DNA of 64,000 nt. Origin: Flavobacteriales bacterium (GTDB lineage: Bacteria > Bacteroidota > Bacteroidia > CAIKAF01). Where the stretch lies: assembly GCA_025055635.1 (NCBI GenBank), contig JANWWQ010000006.1:1116-65115 (forward strand), given 5' to 3'. Positions within the stretch are counted from its first letter, which is position 1. Each line of letters starts with the position of its first letter. The notes under the pieces were generated by a model. The model was not told where the DNA came from, ran no database searches, and was given only the letters and a program-made list of their open reading frames with translations. Shown here in pieces: positions 20,301 to 29,632 of the stretch. The position numbers were made by a program, and so were the translations under genes.

Positions 20301-21166
20301 AAAACTTCCTCATTCTTTCGGTAAGTTTCTGGGTTTCCGGCCTTCGCGGTCAGCCGGTGGGATGGCGGTTGCGTTGGCCCCTCCCCTCCCCTGAGCTCCA
20401 GGAAAATAGTGGAATGGTCTTAATTCAGGGAAACCTCCTATTTATTAATGATAGTAAAAATGAAGCCCGTGTTTTCATTACAGACACCCTCATGGGCAAG
20501 TTGAAGTTCTCCTGCGCCATCCGGAAAGCTGTTAATGTGGATTGGGAAGACCTAGCAGCGGACGCTGATTATCTGTACATTGGTGACTTTGGTAACAATA
20601 GCGGCACCCGCAGCCACATGGCCATTTTAAGGATTCCCCTTTCCTGCTTATTTTCCAAGCCAGCCTGTAACGCAGAATTCATATATTTTGAATGCGAAGA
20701 CCAAAGGGAATTCCATTGGAGACCCCAACAACACAATTTTGATTTTGAGGCCCTCTGCGTGGTGGGCGATAGCCTTCTTCTATTTTCTAAAAATTGGAGA
20801 GATCATAATACTCGCGCCTACGTCCTACCTAAAAATCCAGGCCACTATAAGCTCCGGCCCCGGGCCACTTTGCCGGTGGGTGGACTCATTACAGCAGCTG
20901 ACTACCTTCCCTCCCAAAAAATATTGGCCCTTTGCGGTTATCAACCTCATGGAAACAGCTTGGAACCCTTCCTGATTCTTTGGAAAAACTTTTCCCTAAA
21001 GGCCCTTACCACCCCTTCCTTTAAAAAAATTCCTCTGCCCCAGGCCAGCCAGCTCCAAACAGAAGGCCTGGTGTGCCTTGCGCCCCACCGTTTCTGGATA
21101 AGTCACGAACAAGACAAACGCCGGAACTCATCACAACCCTCACTCTACGAAATCACCCTTCTGTAA
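20285..21166 (+). CDS. Hypothetical secreted protein, possibly a beta-propeller (SdiA-regulated/phytase-like fold is a guess).
   Basis: N-terminal hydrophobic signal (FLILSVSFWVSG). Motifs ENSGMV and IGDFGNNSG are reminiscent of Ca-binding propeller families. Overlaps the phosphatase gene by 16 nt and lies directly upstream of the GT2 gene. Confidence 0.4.
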   Translation: MQVFLKNFLILSVSFWVSGLRGQPVGWRLRWPLPSPELQENSGMVLIQGNLLFINDSKNEARVFITDTLMGKLKFSCAIRKAVNVDWEDLAADADYLYIGDFGNNSGTRSHMAILRIPLSCLFSKPACNAEFIYFECEDQREFHWRPQQHNFDFEALCVVGDSLLLFSKNWRDHNTRAYVLPKNPGHYKLRPRATLPVGGLITAADYLPSQKILALCGYQPHGNSLEPFLILWKNFSLKALTTPSFKKIPLPQASQLQTEGLVCLAPHRFWISHEQDKRRNSSQPSLYEITLL

Positions 21167-21173
21167 AGCTTTT

Positions 21174-21914
21174 ATGGTAGGGCCCATGAAAGTGGTTGTG
21201 GTGTTGCCGGCTTACAATGCCGCTGCCACTCTGGAAAAAACTTACCGCGAAATTCCTCACGACCTGGTGGACGAAATAATTCTCGTTGATGATGGCGGAT
21301 CCGATAATACAGTGGAGCTGGCCGCCAGCCTGGGCATCCGCCACATTCATCGCCACCCCTTCAACAAAGGGTACGGCGCTAATCAGAAAACTTGCTACAC
21401 CCTCGCCCTGGCTTCTGGAGCAGACATCATAATTATGCTTCATCCAGATTACCAGTACACCCCTAAACTTATTCCGGCTATGGCCCATATTATTGCCTCC
21501 GGTTTATACCCCGTCGTGTTGGGCTCCCGAATCCTCGGCAACGGAGCCCGTCGCGGTGGCATGCCGCTCATTAAGTACGTGGCCAATCGTGTTCTTACTT
21601 TTTTTCAGAATATTTTCCTCGGCGCCAAGCTTTCGGAATATCATACCGGTTACAGAGCCTATCACCGGTCCGTCCTGGAAAGTATCCGTTTCATGGATAA
21701 CTCAGACGATTTCATTTTTGACAACGAAGTGCTCTCACAGATTATTATGAAGGGATTTGCCATTGCCGAGATTACCTGTCCCACCCGATACGATCCTGAA
21801 AGTAGCTCAATCAGTTTGAGCCGTAGTGTAGTATACGGTTTGGGGGTGTTGCGCGTCACAATTCAGCATATTCTTCACAAGTGGGGCATTAAGACCCACC
21901 GCCGTTACCTATGA
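21174..21914 (+). CDS. GT2-family glycosyltransferase (polyprenyl-phosphate sugar synthase, DPM1/ArnC-like).
   Basis: VVVLPAYNAAATL...IILVDDGGSDNT (the DxD region is DDG). The size of 246 aa is typical of Dpm1/ArnC-like enzymes. Confidence 0.75.
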   Translation: MVGPMKVVVVLPAYNAAATLEKTYREIPHDLVDEIILVDDGGSDNTVELAASLGIRHIHRHPFNKGYGANQKTCYTLALASGADIIIMLHPDYQYTPKLIPAMAHIIASGLYPVVLGSRILGNGARRGGMPLIKYVANRVLTFFQNIFLGAKLSEYHTGYRAYHRSVLESIRFMDNSDDFIFDNEVLSQIIMKGFAIAEITCPTRYDPESSSISLSRSVVYGLGVLRVTIQHILHKWGIKTHRRYL

Positions 21915-23455
21915 AATTCCGGGCGGTTCCGCAATGGATTCTGGCCGCCGTTTGGGCCCTGGTGCTCTGGCTGCCAGGGCTAGGTGCTGTCCCTTTGTTT
22001 GATTGGGATGAAATCAACTTTGCCGAAGTGAGCCGCGAAATGGTCATCAGTGGCCAATACCTTCAGCCTACCATCAACTTCCAGCCCTTCTGGGAGAAAC
22101 CCCCTTTATTCTTCTGGCTCCAGGCCTTGAGCTACCATCTGTGGGGTATTAATGAATGTGCGGCCCGCTTGCCTAACGTCTTCTGTGGTCTTGTCACATT
22201 AGGGTGGATGGCACGAGCTATTCCTGGCCCAGGCTCCCTGTGGGCCATGCTCTATGCGGGTTCTCTTTTACCGCATTTGTACTTCCGATCTGGAATTATA
22301 GATCCTTGGTACAATCTATTCGGCTTTTGGATGCTCTGGTACGGATTGAAAGCCCTGGACGCAGGGCATATCCGTCACTTCATTGTGGCCGGCCTGTGTG
22401 GAGGCTTGGCCCTCGCCACCAAAGGTCCCGCCGTACCGGGGCTCGTGAGCATCACTTTGGGAATATATTCACTGCGATACAGGTGCTGGCGCAAATCATA
22501 CCCGGTCGCCTGGATTGCCGGCATCAGTATCTTTTGTGCAGTGGGGCTAATCTGGTATATCCTCTACGGATTAAAATACGGTCCTCAGCTCCTGCAGGAT
22601 TTCTTGAGCTATCAAATTCGCTTGCTTTCTACCTCCGATGCTGGCCACACAGGATTTCCAGGATTTCATGGGGCGGTTCTTTTTGTGGGTCTCATGCCTG
22701 CATCGGCCTTCTTTTTGGGTGCTATACCGCAAGGCCTTCGCAGAGATTATTGGCCCCACCTGCTTCTCGTCATTCTAGTGGTAGGAGCTTTTTCTATCGT
22801 GAAGACCAAGATTGTACACTATTCCTCCTTGGCCTACTTTCCTATCACCTGGATGGCGGCCCTCTGGCTTTGGGAACGCCGGAATGCCCGTATTCCCGCC
22901 GGCCCACGTATCGTAGCGGCCTTCCAATGGCTCTTTTTGGCTCTTGGATTGGCCGTGTCCATACTATTTCTCTTAAAACCTCAAAATTTCTTGCCCCACA
23001 TACAGGATGAGCTGGTCAGAGCCAACATCCTTCACGCCTCACCCGCCCTGCGTTGGCCGGCAGTGGTAGCGCTTTTTACGGCTTCGGCTGCATCCTTCTC
23101 ATTGCTGGGGGCCCATTCCTTTAAAAGGCTCCAACGCGCCCTAATCCTCACCACACTAACCATCACCCTCGCCATTTACGGAGTCGTCCCAACCGTGGAA
23201 CGCATTTCCCAGGGGCCAGTCATTGATGCCTGCCTGAAAGCAAAACATCACGGATTACCCGTGTATACCAGCAACTTCAAATCCTACGCCCCCTACTTTT
23301 ACGGAGCTGTCATGCCGCCCGGTTGGCCTCATCCCCCACAAAGCGGTTCCTATGCCCTTATATTTCGCCGCGACAAGCCATTCCACATACCCTCTGATTG
23401 CCCCTGCGATACCCTAGGGGGCTATCTGGTGTGTTTAAAACTTTTCAATAATTAG
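21911..23455 (+). CDS. GT39/GT83-like (PMT/ArnT family) polyprenyl-phosphate-sugar-dependent membrane glycosyltransferase.
   Basis: About 12 TM segments. N-terminal loop PLFDWDEINFAEVSREM carries the DE motif, and the protein is 514 aa. Its ATG overlaps the GT2 stop (ATGA). Confidence 0.7.
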   Translation: MKFRAVPQWILAAVWALVLWLPGLGAVPLFDWDEINFAEVSREMVISGQYLQPTINFQPFWEKPPLFFWLQALSYHLWGINECAARLPNVFCGLVTLGWMARAIPGPGSLWAMLYAGSLLPHLYFRSGIIDPWYNLFGFWMLWYGLKALDAGHIRHFIVAGLCGGLALATKGPAVPGLVSITLGIYSLRYRCWRKSYPVAWIAGISIFCAVGLIWYILYGLKYGPQLLQDFLSYQIRLLSTSDAGHTGFPGFHGAVLFVGLMPASAFFLGAIPQGLRRDYWPHLLLVILVVGAFSIVKTKIVHYSSLAYFPITWMAALWLWERRNARIPAGPRIVAAFQWLFLALGLAVSILFLLKPQNFLPHIQDELVRANILHASPALRWPAVVALFTASAASFSLLGAHSFKRLQRALILTTLTITLAIYGVVPTVERISQGPVIDACLKAKHHGLPVYTSNFKSYAPYFYGAVMPPGWPHPPQSGSYALIFRRDKPFHIPSDCPCDTLGGYLVCLKLFNN

Positions 23456-23497
23456 TTTTTTGACTAAATAATTTCCGGGCGTGCCCCGTCTTCTATT

Positions 23498-23962
23498 TCA
23501 GTCATCTTGACCCTTCAATATTCTCAAGAGCCACAACGTACCTCCCGTAAAAAGCGAAAAAAACATCACCAGCGTAATCCCGGGCAACCAGAAACCCCGC
23601 AGCCCCTGCAAAAAGCCTATAGAAGGCGCTAAGGGGTGGTATAGCGCCTTAAAAGGTGCTGCCCGCTCCAGATCGGTGTACAGCACCGTGGAAATCCGCT
23701 GAACCTCATACCGACCGGAAGGCGTCTCGTAGTATAATTTGATATAATAATGATAAGTGCCATCAGATCGGACATCCAGCAATCTCTTTTCAACCAGCAC
23801 CGGCACAGAAACAGCCGTAAAAAAGAATAACAGCATGACCGCCGTACCTCCCATAGCGGGTAGCCCAAACGCCAGCCAGGCAAACAACAGTTCCGAAGGA
23901 TGCGGCCACTCGGCTGGATCATCTCCGGCAAACCGCTGAAGAAACCGCTTGAGAAGGATCAC
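23498..23962 (-). CDS. Hypothetical small membrane protein (GTG start).
   Basis: 154 aa with two hydrophobic helices flanking a soluble region. No recognisable motif. The ORF overlaps the upstream gene stop by 4 nt. Confidence 0.3.
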   Translation of the reverse strand: MILLKRFLQRFAGDDPAEWPHPSELLFAWLAFGLPAMGGTAVMLLFFFTAVSVPVLVEKRLLDVRSDGTYHYYIKLYYETPSGRYEVQRISTVLYTDLERAAPFKALYHPLAPSIGFLQGLRGFWLPGITLVMFFSLFTGGTLWLLRILKGQDD

Positions 23963-25290
23963 GAAATTTCAACCTCTGTATCCTTAAATTTAAACACGCC
24001 GCTTGCTACCAGTTTTTCCCATAAGGGCTCATACAACTCTGGCAATGTGGGGCGCAACACCCCGCATGACCTCAAACGTCCTTCAGCCACAAGGATAGTG
24101 GCCTCCGCCAATGTTAGGCCCACCGTACGCGCCATAGCTGTATAGAGAGCATCCCGCCCATCTTCCACCAAGGAGGAGATGAGGCCATACCTCCGGCCTC
24201 CACGTTGCCAAATAATTTGGTGCACCAAAACCACCCGATCTCTGTCATTGGGCCTGAGCCGCCATTTTTCCTCCAGAATTTTTTGAAGATACCCAGCGGC
24301 CGTCGGCAGGCCTTCTGCCATCAAAGGTTCAGAACTGAACAGCTCTAAAAATTCCAAAGCTTCCACCACCTCCTGCGATTCACCAAAAGAATGCAATTTC
24401 AAAACTTCCGAGAGCGAGGAAAATCCCAGAGTCTGCATCAGGCGGAAGCGCGGCTCGCCCCTCAACCACGGCAAAGGGGTAGTGTCATCGGTGAGCCCCG
24501 CGCTCAAAACCATGTGCCAGGCCCTGCAAAAAGGAGAGCGTCTCAGGGTGCCGCGGAGAAAGGTGGGGCATCCCTCCAGTCCGTAGAGGGGCGCATAGAG
24601 CAAGGAATCCCGATTTGCATATAACTCAAAAGTCCCTACCCCCTCAATTTCCACTCTGTGGGCCATGGCAAAAAGCCTATGGGCCGGGCACAGCCTGATT
24701 TGCCCCTCTTCCCGGTACAGGGCTGCACCTCCTTGTCCGGCCAGCACCACATTGCGCGGGTTCCAGGTGAACTTGTATCCCCAAGGATTTGTATCACTTT
24801 CGGGAGCCACAAGACCTCCACAGGCTGATTTAAAAGAAACCACTGTGCCACCTTCCTGGCGGATCCGATCCAACAGCATCATGGCCGAGATGTGGTCAAG
24901 GCCCGGATCCACCCCACATTCATTGAGGAAAATAAGACCCGCTTGGACAGCCTCTTTATGTAACGATTCCATGGCGGGGGTCACGTATGAAGCCGTCACT
25001 AGATGTCGCCCATACCGGAGGCATTGTTGGGCTACAGCGGGGTGTTCTGTGGCCGGCAACAGCGAAACCACAATGTCGTGGGCCGCAATCAAAGCCTCAC
25101 GCGCAGCAGGATCAGCAGAGGAGAGCTCTGCAGCAGAAGCAGCTCTGTGTTTTGCACAGCGGGCTTTTGCCAAATCCCCATTCAGGTCGGCTACGGTCAG
25201 CTTTCCATCCCTTTCAGCACACCACTCTGCCAGCCGGTCTATAGCGTAAGGTGAAGACTTTCCGGCCCCCAAAATCAATATCCGTTTCAC
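23959..25290 (-). CDS. Saccharopine dehydrogenase-family NAD(P) oxidoreductase.
   Basis: A GTG at 25290 gives [20 protein letters not shown] (Rossmann GxGxxS), followed by a saccharopine-DH-like C-terminal domain. The track's longer ORF to 25461 adds 57 non-conserved residues. Confidence 0.65.
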   Translation of the reverse strand: MKRILILGAGKSSPYAIDRLAEWCAERDGKLTVADLNGDLAKARCAKHRAASAAELSSADPAAREALIAAHDIVVSLLPATEHPAVAQQCLRYGRHLVTASYVTPAMESLHKEAVQAGLIFLNECGVDPGLDHISAMMLLDRIRQEGGTVVSFKSACGGLVAPESDTNPWGYKFTWNPRNVVLAGQGGAALYREEGQIRLCPAHRLFAMAHRVEIEGVGTFELYANRDSLLYAPLYGLEGCPTFLRGTLRRSPFCRAWHMVLSAGLTDDTTPLPWLRGEPRFRLMQTLGFSSLSEVLKLHSFGESQEVVEALEFLELFSSEPLMAEGLPTAAGYLQKILEEKWRLRPNDRDRVVLVHQIIWQRGGRRYGLISSLVEDGRDALYTAMARTVGLTLAEATILVAEGRLRSCGVLRPTLPELYEPLWEKLVASGVFKFKDTEVEIS

Positions 25291-25337
25291 GGCTACAAAA
25301 ATTGGAAATGGATTATACCTTCTAACAAACAATTTTC

Positions 25338-25345
25338 TATCTTTG
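25338..25345 (+). promoter_or_regulatory. Bacteroidota sigma-A -7 element (TAnnTTTG), 15 nt upstream of rpmG.
   Basis: TATCTTTG matches the Bacteroidetes -7 consensus and sits the right distance from the ATG at 25361. Confidence 0.45.
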
Positions 25346-25360
25346 CAACCCCTTTTGGTT

Positions 25361-25549
25361 ATGGCTAAAAAAGGCAAAGGCAACCGCATCCAGGTTATTC
25401 TGGAGTGTACAGAGCAAAAAAACACCAACGTGCCCGGAATCTCCCGGTACATCACTACCAAAAACCGAAAGAATACCCCTGACCGTTTGGAACTCAGAAA
25501 ATATAATCCATATTTAAAAAGGGTTACTCTTCATAAAGAAATCAAATAA
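25361..25549 (+). CDS. rpmG: 50S ribosomal protein L33 (C- / zinc-independent form).
   Basis: [20 protein letters not shown]...[34 protein letters not shown]. There is one Cys only, so no Zn ribbon. Confidence 0.9.
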   Translation: MAKKGKGNRIQVILECTEQKNTNVPGISRYITTKNRKNTPDRLELRKYNPYLKRVTLHKEIK

Positions 25550-25562
25550 TTGACCTTTACTT

Positions 25563-25715
25563 ATGGCCAAGAAAACCGTCGCAACGCTCAAGCAAGGACA
25601 AGGCAAAGAATTCGTACGTGTCGTCAAAATGGTAAAAAACGAACGCGGTACTTACTCCTTTCGCGAGGAAATCGTGCACAAGGATCACGTGAAGGACTTC
25701 TTTGGTAAGAAATAG
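25563..25715 (+). CDS. DUF4295-family small protein (50 aa); missing from the ORF track because it is under 60 aa.
   Basis: MAKKTVATLKQGQGKEFVRVVKMVKNERGTYSFREEIVHKDHVKDFFGKK. It occupies the conserved Bacteroidota position between rpmG and ftsY. Confidence 0.6.
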   Translation: MAKKTVATLKQGQGKEFVRVVKMVKNERGTYSFREEIVHKDHVKDFFGKK

Positions 25716-25768
25716 TGTAAGGTCTTCTATAAGGTAATAGTCGGACGGAGTGCATATTGGCCTGCATC

Positions 25769-26728
25769 ATGGGCCTCTTCTCATTTTTAAAGGCTAGCGA
25801 TAAAAAACAGACCCTGCAGAGCGGCCTGGCCAAAACGCGCCAGAGCCTTTTGGAAAAAGTCAGGCACGCCATTTTAGGAAAATCCTCGGTTGACGATGAA
25901 GTTCTGGACCGACTGGAAGAAGGATTCATCCAAGCCGATGTAGGCGTAGACACCACACTCAAAATCATTGATAAGCTGAGGGCCCGTGTAGCCCGAGAAA
26001 AATACGTGGGCATTGAGGAGCTTACAGCACTTCTAAAGGAAGAAGTGATCAGCCTCTTGCCTCTGCCTCCGGAAAATGCCCCAGAAGAGTACCGAAAACC
26101 TTATGTAATCCTTGTGGTGGGGGTTAATGGAGTAGGTAAAACCACCACCGTCGGTAAATTGGCCTGGTTGTACGGACAGGCCGGGAAAAAAGTCATCTTA
26201 GGGGCAGCCGATACATTCAGGGCCGCTGCGGTGGATCAGCTGAAGATTTGGAGCGAACGCAGTGGAGCCTACCTCGTTCAAAAGGGAATGGGGGCAGACC
26301 CGGCCAGCGTAGCCTTTGATACCCTGAACGCCGCCAAAGCCCGGCAGGCCGATATCGTGATCATAGACACCGCCGGCCGCCTGCATAATAAAAAGCACCT
26401 CATGGACGAACTGACTAAGGTGCGCAACGTAATGAAAAAAGTCATCCCCGACGCTCCTCATGAAGTGATGCTTATTCTAGACGGTAGCACGGGTCAGAAC
26501 GCCTTTGAACAGGCCCGTCAGTTCACTGCCGCCACCCAAGTGAACAGCCTTACCATCACTAAACTGGACGGCACAGCCAAGGGCGGAGTGGTGCTAGGGG
26601 TGGCCGATACTTTCAAGCTGCCGGTGCGTTTCATTGGTGTAGGCGAGAAACCCCAGGATCTTCAACCTTTTGACCGCGAAGCTTTCGTGGATTCCTTGTT
26701 TGAAGGCTGGCTCCTCATTCCCAACTAA
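25769..26728 (+). CDS. ftsY: Signal recognition particle receptor FtsY (short N-domain form).
   Basis: First ATG at 25769 (MGLFSFLK…). SRP GTPase motifs are VVGVNGVGKTTTVGKLA (G1), DTAGR, and TKLDGTAKGG. Confidence 0.9.
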   Translation: MGLFSFLKASDKKQTLQSGLAKTRQSLLEKVRHAILGKSSVDDEVLDRLEEGFIQADVGVDTTLKIIDKLRARVAREKYVGIEELTALLKEEVISLLPLPPENAPEEYRKPYVILVVGVNGVGKTTTVGKLAWLYGQAGKKVILGAADTFRAAAVDQLKIWSERSGAYLVQKGMGADPASVAFDTLNAAKARQADIVIIDTAGRLHNKKHLMDELTKVRNVMKKVIPDAPHEVMLILDGSTGQNAFEQARQFTAATQVNSLTITKLDGTAKGGVVLGVADTFKLPVRFIGVGEKPQDLQPFDREAFVDSLFEGWLLIPN

Positions 26729-28284
26729 GGCCTGTCTGCACCTGACTGAACTTCATACAAGACATATTGGCTATTTTCCATGATGGCCTTTAATCTCTCT
26801 GAAGCTCTCCAAACATCATCGGTCCGACGGGCAAGAACGTAGGCTGCTTGGCGATCCTGAGTGTACAGGGTTATCTTGCCTTCACGGAAGGCACGCGAAG
26901 CCCGATCAATAAGCTTTTCCTTCACCGGCCATGAGTAGGGGATCCGAAAAACCGTGGAAAAATCCTTAAACCAGGAGCAAGCCCGAGTGGGCTGTGGCCA
27001 CACAGCCCGATAGCCTATAAGAAGAGGTCTGCGCGCTTCGTAAGAAAAACGATCGTTGGTGGGATCAACTAAGAACAAGGCGTCCTGCGGGGTGTGAAGT
27101 CGGATAAAACGGTGCATCTCCGAAAGCGGGTCCTTTTGCTTTTCCCAAGGCCAGCAAGATTCAGGTGGTTCCTTGAAAGTAGCCGCACCTAAAACCAGAC
27201 TAGGGATAATCCAACGGATCCATATCCTCAATCGATATGAAAGGAAATCTTCACACATCTTGCCTGCAACACCTGCAATCATCAAACTTGCTCCTGCGCT
27301 TGCCCAGATAGTTGTCTTAGGCCACTGGGTCCGAAATATAGCCTCAAGCCCAGCCACTTCCGTGAGTCCGTAATAGGCAACGCACCCCGCCGTCACAGTT
27401 CCTACCATCCCACTCCAATTCCTCAATACTAGCGGTACACCGGGCCCTAAAACAAGTACAAAAGCCATGGCAACCAAAAAGCCAAACTTTAGAAAATGAT
27501 TGAAAGGAAAAGAAGATATCACAAAATGGTGGGCCAGACGGTAACGAATAAAATAGTCTCCATAACTTAATCCTTCGCAGGTGTTGGCCGAAAAACCTCT
27601 GTCCTGGTAAAGGGTCCACAAGTCAAATCCATTCAATAAAAGGAAGGGTATCAGCCAAAGGAAAATCTTTCTTTTCCAAAACAAAGGCCGGGCCAGGAAT
27701 AAATAAATGATCCCCATGAGGAGCAGGTGCAACCCCAACAGTAAATGAAACCAACCGGCCACCGCCATGGCAATGCCGGCCTGAACCACTTTAACGCCAG
27801 AAAGCCAGGCCAAAGACCACAACCCAGCAGCCAATGCCGGTGTCCCACTCACAAAGGCATTCTCCGCTATCAGGTTATCCCCCAAACTCCAATAATGAAA
27901 AAACAAAAAATGGGTGAAAAGCGGAGCGACAAAGGGAGTTAATAAACTGGTAGGCATCATTCGGGCGCTCCATTCCATCACGGCCCACACTCCTAACCAT
28001 AAACATATCACCGTGAGACCAAAACACCACCAGGCCAGGGAGTGGTCTTGGGCTATTAAAGCCAGGAAAGACACATAATGGCTTCGGATGTCAAACGAAG
28101 CCGTATCCCTCAAATGTTGAAGAAAATAATCGCCGGAATAGAGGCTGGGATACCATCGCTGGAGTAGTGCCGGAAGGTGCTCGGCCTGATCCCCTCCGCC
28201 AAATTGGTAACCATTCCCCACAAAAAAAGCCAGCGTATAAATCCAAGCCGCCCCAGACCACTGAAAGAAACGGGAAAAGCTCAT
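26725..28284 (-). CDS. Hypothetical polytopic inner-membrane protein (about 12 TM) with a C-terminal soluble domain.
   Basis: 519 aa with multiple hydrophobic helices. The last ~150 aa are hydrophilic. No catalytic motif recognised. Overlaps the upstream methyltransferase stop by 4 nt. Confidence 0.5.
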   Translation of the reverse strand: MSFSRFFQWSGAAWIYTLAFFVGNGYQFGGGDQAEHLPALLQRWYPSLYSGDYFLQHLRDTASFDIRSHYVSFLALIAQDHSLAWWCFGLTVICLWLGVWAVMEWSARMMPTSLLTPFVAPLFTHFLFFHYWSLGDNLIAENAFVSGTPALAAGLWSLAWLSGVKVVQAGIAMAVAGWFHLLLGLHLLLMGIIYLFLARPLFWKRKIFLWLIPFLLLNGFDLWTLYQDRGFSANTCEGLSYGDYFIRYRLAHHFVISSFPFNHFLKFGFLVAMAFVLVLGPGVPLVLRNWSGMVGTVTAGCVAYYGLTEVAGLEAIFRTQWPKTTIWASAGASLMIAGVAGKMCEDFLSYRLRIWIRWIIPSLVLGAATFKEPPESCWPWEKQKDPLSEMHRFIRLHTPQDALFLVDPTNDRFSYEARRPLLIGYRAVWPQPTRACSWFKDFSTVFRIPYSWPVKEKLIDRASRAFREGKITLYTQDRQAAYVLARRTDDVWRASERLKAIMENSQYVLYEVQSGADRP

Positions 28285-28886
28285 GACTTTCGGAGTACGA
28301 ACAACTCGTGCCTCACGTAGGGAAACGCAGGCCTGAGCCCACTGTGGTGCTCAATCTGGAGTTTCCTTTCCCCAAAACTGTGGAGATATTTAGAAAGAGA
28401 ATAAAAATTGAGGGGCACGGGCACCCCTTTTTTAAGCTTATTCAGTAGATAATCGTGCACCATCAGTAAAAATTTGCCAACTTGAGTTTTATACATCTCT
28501 TCCACCATAAGAATTCGGCCCCCAGGTTTTAAGACCCGAATAAACTCATCAAGATAAAACAGAGGATCCGACGTATGGTGCATTACAGCACTGGCCAGAA
28601 CGCCATCAAAACTACCGGCCTCAAAAGGTAACGGGCCTCCAGGATATTGTATAAAACCCAAAAGGCTGGCCCGCCGCTCATCCAGGTTGACGTCCCGAAT
28701 TAAGTCCACACCTTTTATCCTGCAACCCGTAAGGGTTATTAAGTATTCAGCCGTGTAACCGTTCCCACAGCCAAAATCCAACAGGTAGGCCTGCGCTGGT
28801 ACAAACGGAGCAACGGCCCGGGCAATCCTATAGCTGCGCCGACGTGTGAGAATCCGGTAAAGGAAATTCTGGGATAGAAGCGTCAT
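28281..28886 (-). CDS. Class I SAM-dependent methyltransferase.
   Basis: LLDFGCGNGYTAEYL (motif I), VLASAVMHH and LKPGGRILMVE (post-II/III). 201 aa. Confidence 0.7.
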   Translation of the reverse strand: MTLLSQNFLYRILTRRRSYRIARAVAPFVPAQAYLLDFGCGNGYTAEYLITLTGCRIKGVDLIRDVNLDERRASLLGFIQYPGGPLPFEAGSFDGVLASAVMHHTSDPLFYLDEFIRVLKPGGRILMVEEMYKTQVGKFLLMVHDYLLNKLKKGVPVPLNFYSLSKYLHSFGERKLQIEHHSGLRPAFPYVRHELFVLRKS

Positions 28887-29632
28887 GCTTTCCTCAGTCG
28901 GCGCATGATTTCGCTAGAAAATACAAATTCCTGAAGCGCCTCGTTGGGGTCGTCAAAGATGGCCTTGCCATGTCCTTCCCAGGCTTTCCGCCCTCCTACA
29001 AGCAGCACCACATGTTCTCCTATTTCATACACCGAGTTCATATCATGCGTTACAATGATCGTAGTGGTTTGAAATTCTTTTGTAATATTCAAAAGCAATT
29101 CATCAATCAGAGCGGCCGTCTCAGGGTCAAGGCCTGAGTTGGGCTCATCACATAGCAGATATTTTGGATTATTGACTATAGCCCGGGCAATGGCCGTACG
29201 TTTGCGCATTCCTCCGCTGATTTCCGAAGGGTATAGCGAAGCTGCATGGGCCAGATTCACCCTTTCCAAACAAAATTGCACCCGATCCTTTTTCTCTTTT
29301 TCCGATAAGCCAGAAAACATTTCCAAAGGGAAGCGGACATTTTCTTCCACGGTCATGCTGTCAAAGAGAGCTCCCATCTGAAATACCTTTCCCAATTCCC
29401 GACGAATAGTCTGCTGCTCTGACCGATCAACATCGTAAAAGGAACGGCCGTCAAAGTAGACCTTCCCGGCGTCAGGTTTCAAAAGACCTACCAGACATTT
29501 AAGAAACACAGTTTTGCCGGATCCACTTCTGCCAATTACCAGGTTTACCCGACCCTTTTCAAACAAAGCGTCTATATTCTGCAAAACTGTTCTCCCATTG
29601 AACGACTTGCTAAGACCTTCAACCTGTATCAT
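28883..29632 (-). CDS. ABC transporter ATP-binding protein, MlaF-like.
   Basis: Walker A GRSGSGKT, Q-loop, signature LSGGMRKRTAIARA, Walker B LLCDEPNSGLD. 249 aa, the MlaF/MKL size. Confidence 0.8.
   Translation of the reverse strand: MIQVEGLSKSFNGRTVLQNIDALFEKGRVNLVIGRSGSGKTVFLKCLVGLLKPDAGKVYFDGRSFYDVDRSEQQTIRRELGKVFQMGALFDSMTVEENVRFPLEMFSGLSEKEKKDRVQFCLERVNLAHAASLYPSEISGGMRKRTAIARAIVNNPKYLLCDEPNSGLDPETAALIDELLLNITKEFQTTTIIVTHDMNSVYEIGEHVVLLVGGRKAWEGHGKAIFDDPNEALQEFVFSSEIMRRLRKA

Noticed and set aside
22204-23010. A 268-aa plus-strand ORF inside the GT39-like gene.
   Set aside because: It is an alternative frame of a gene whose primary frame has a clear 12-TM glycosyltransferase signature. 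The Arg/Ser/Pro-rich composition is typical of off-frame translation.
24391-25254. Several 70-194-aa ORFs antisense to or inside the saccharopine dehydrogenase gene.
   Set aside because: They overlap each other and the motif-bearing minus-strand frame, and they have Ala/Arg/Pro-rich low-complexity composition.
25291-25461. A 57-aa N-terminal extension of the saccharopine dehydrogenase ORF in the track.
   Set aside because: An in-frame GTG at 25290 gives [12 protein letters not shown], which places the Rossmann motif right at the N-terminus as in homologues. The extension carries no conserved residues and would swallow the rpmG promoter region.
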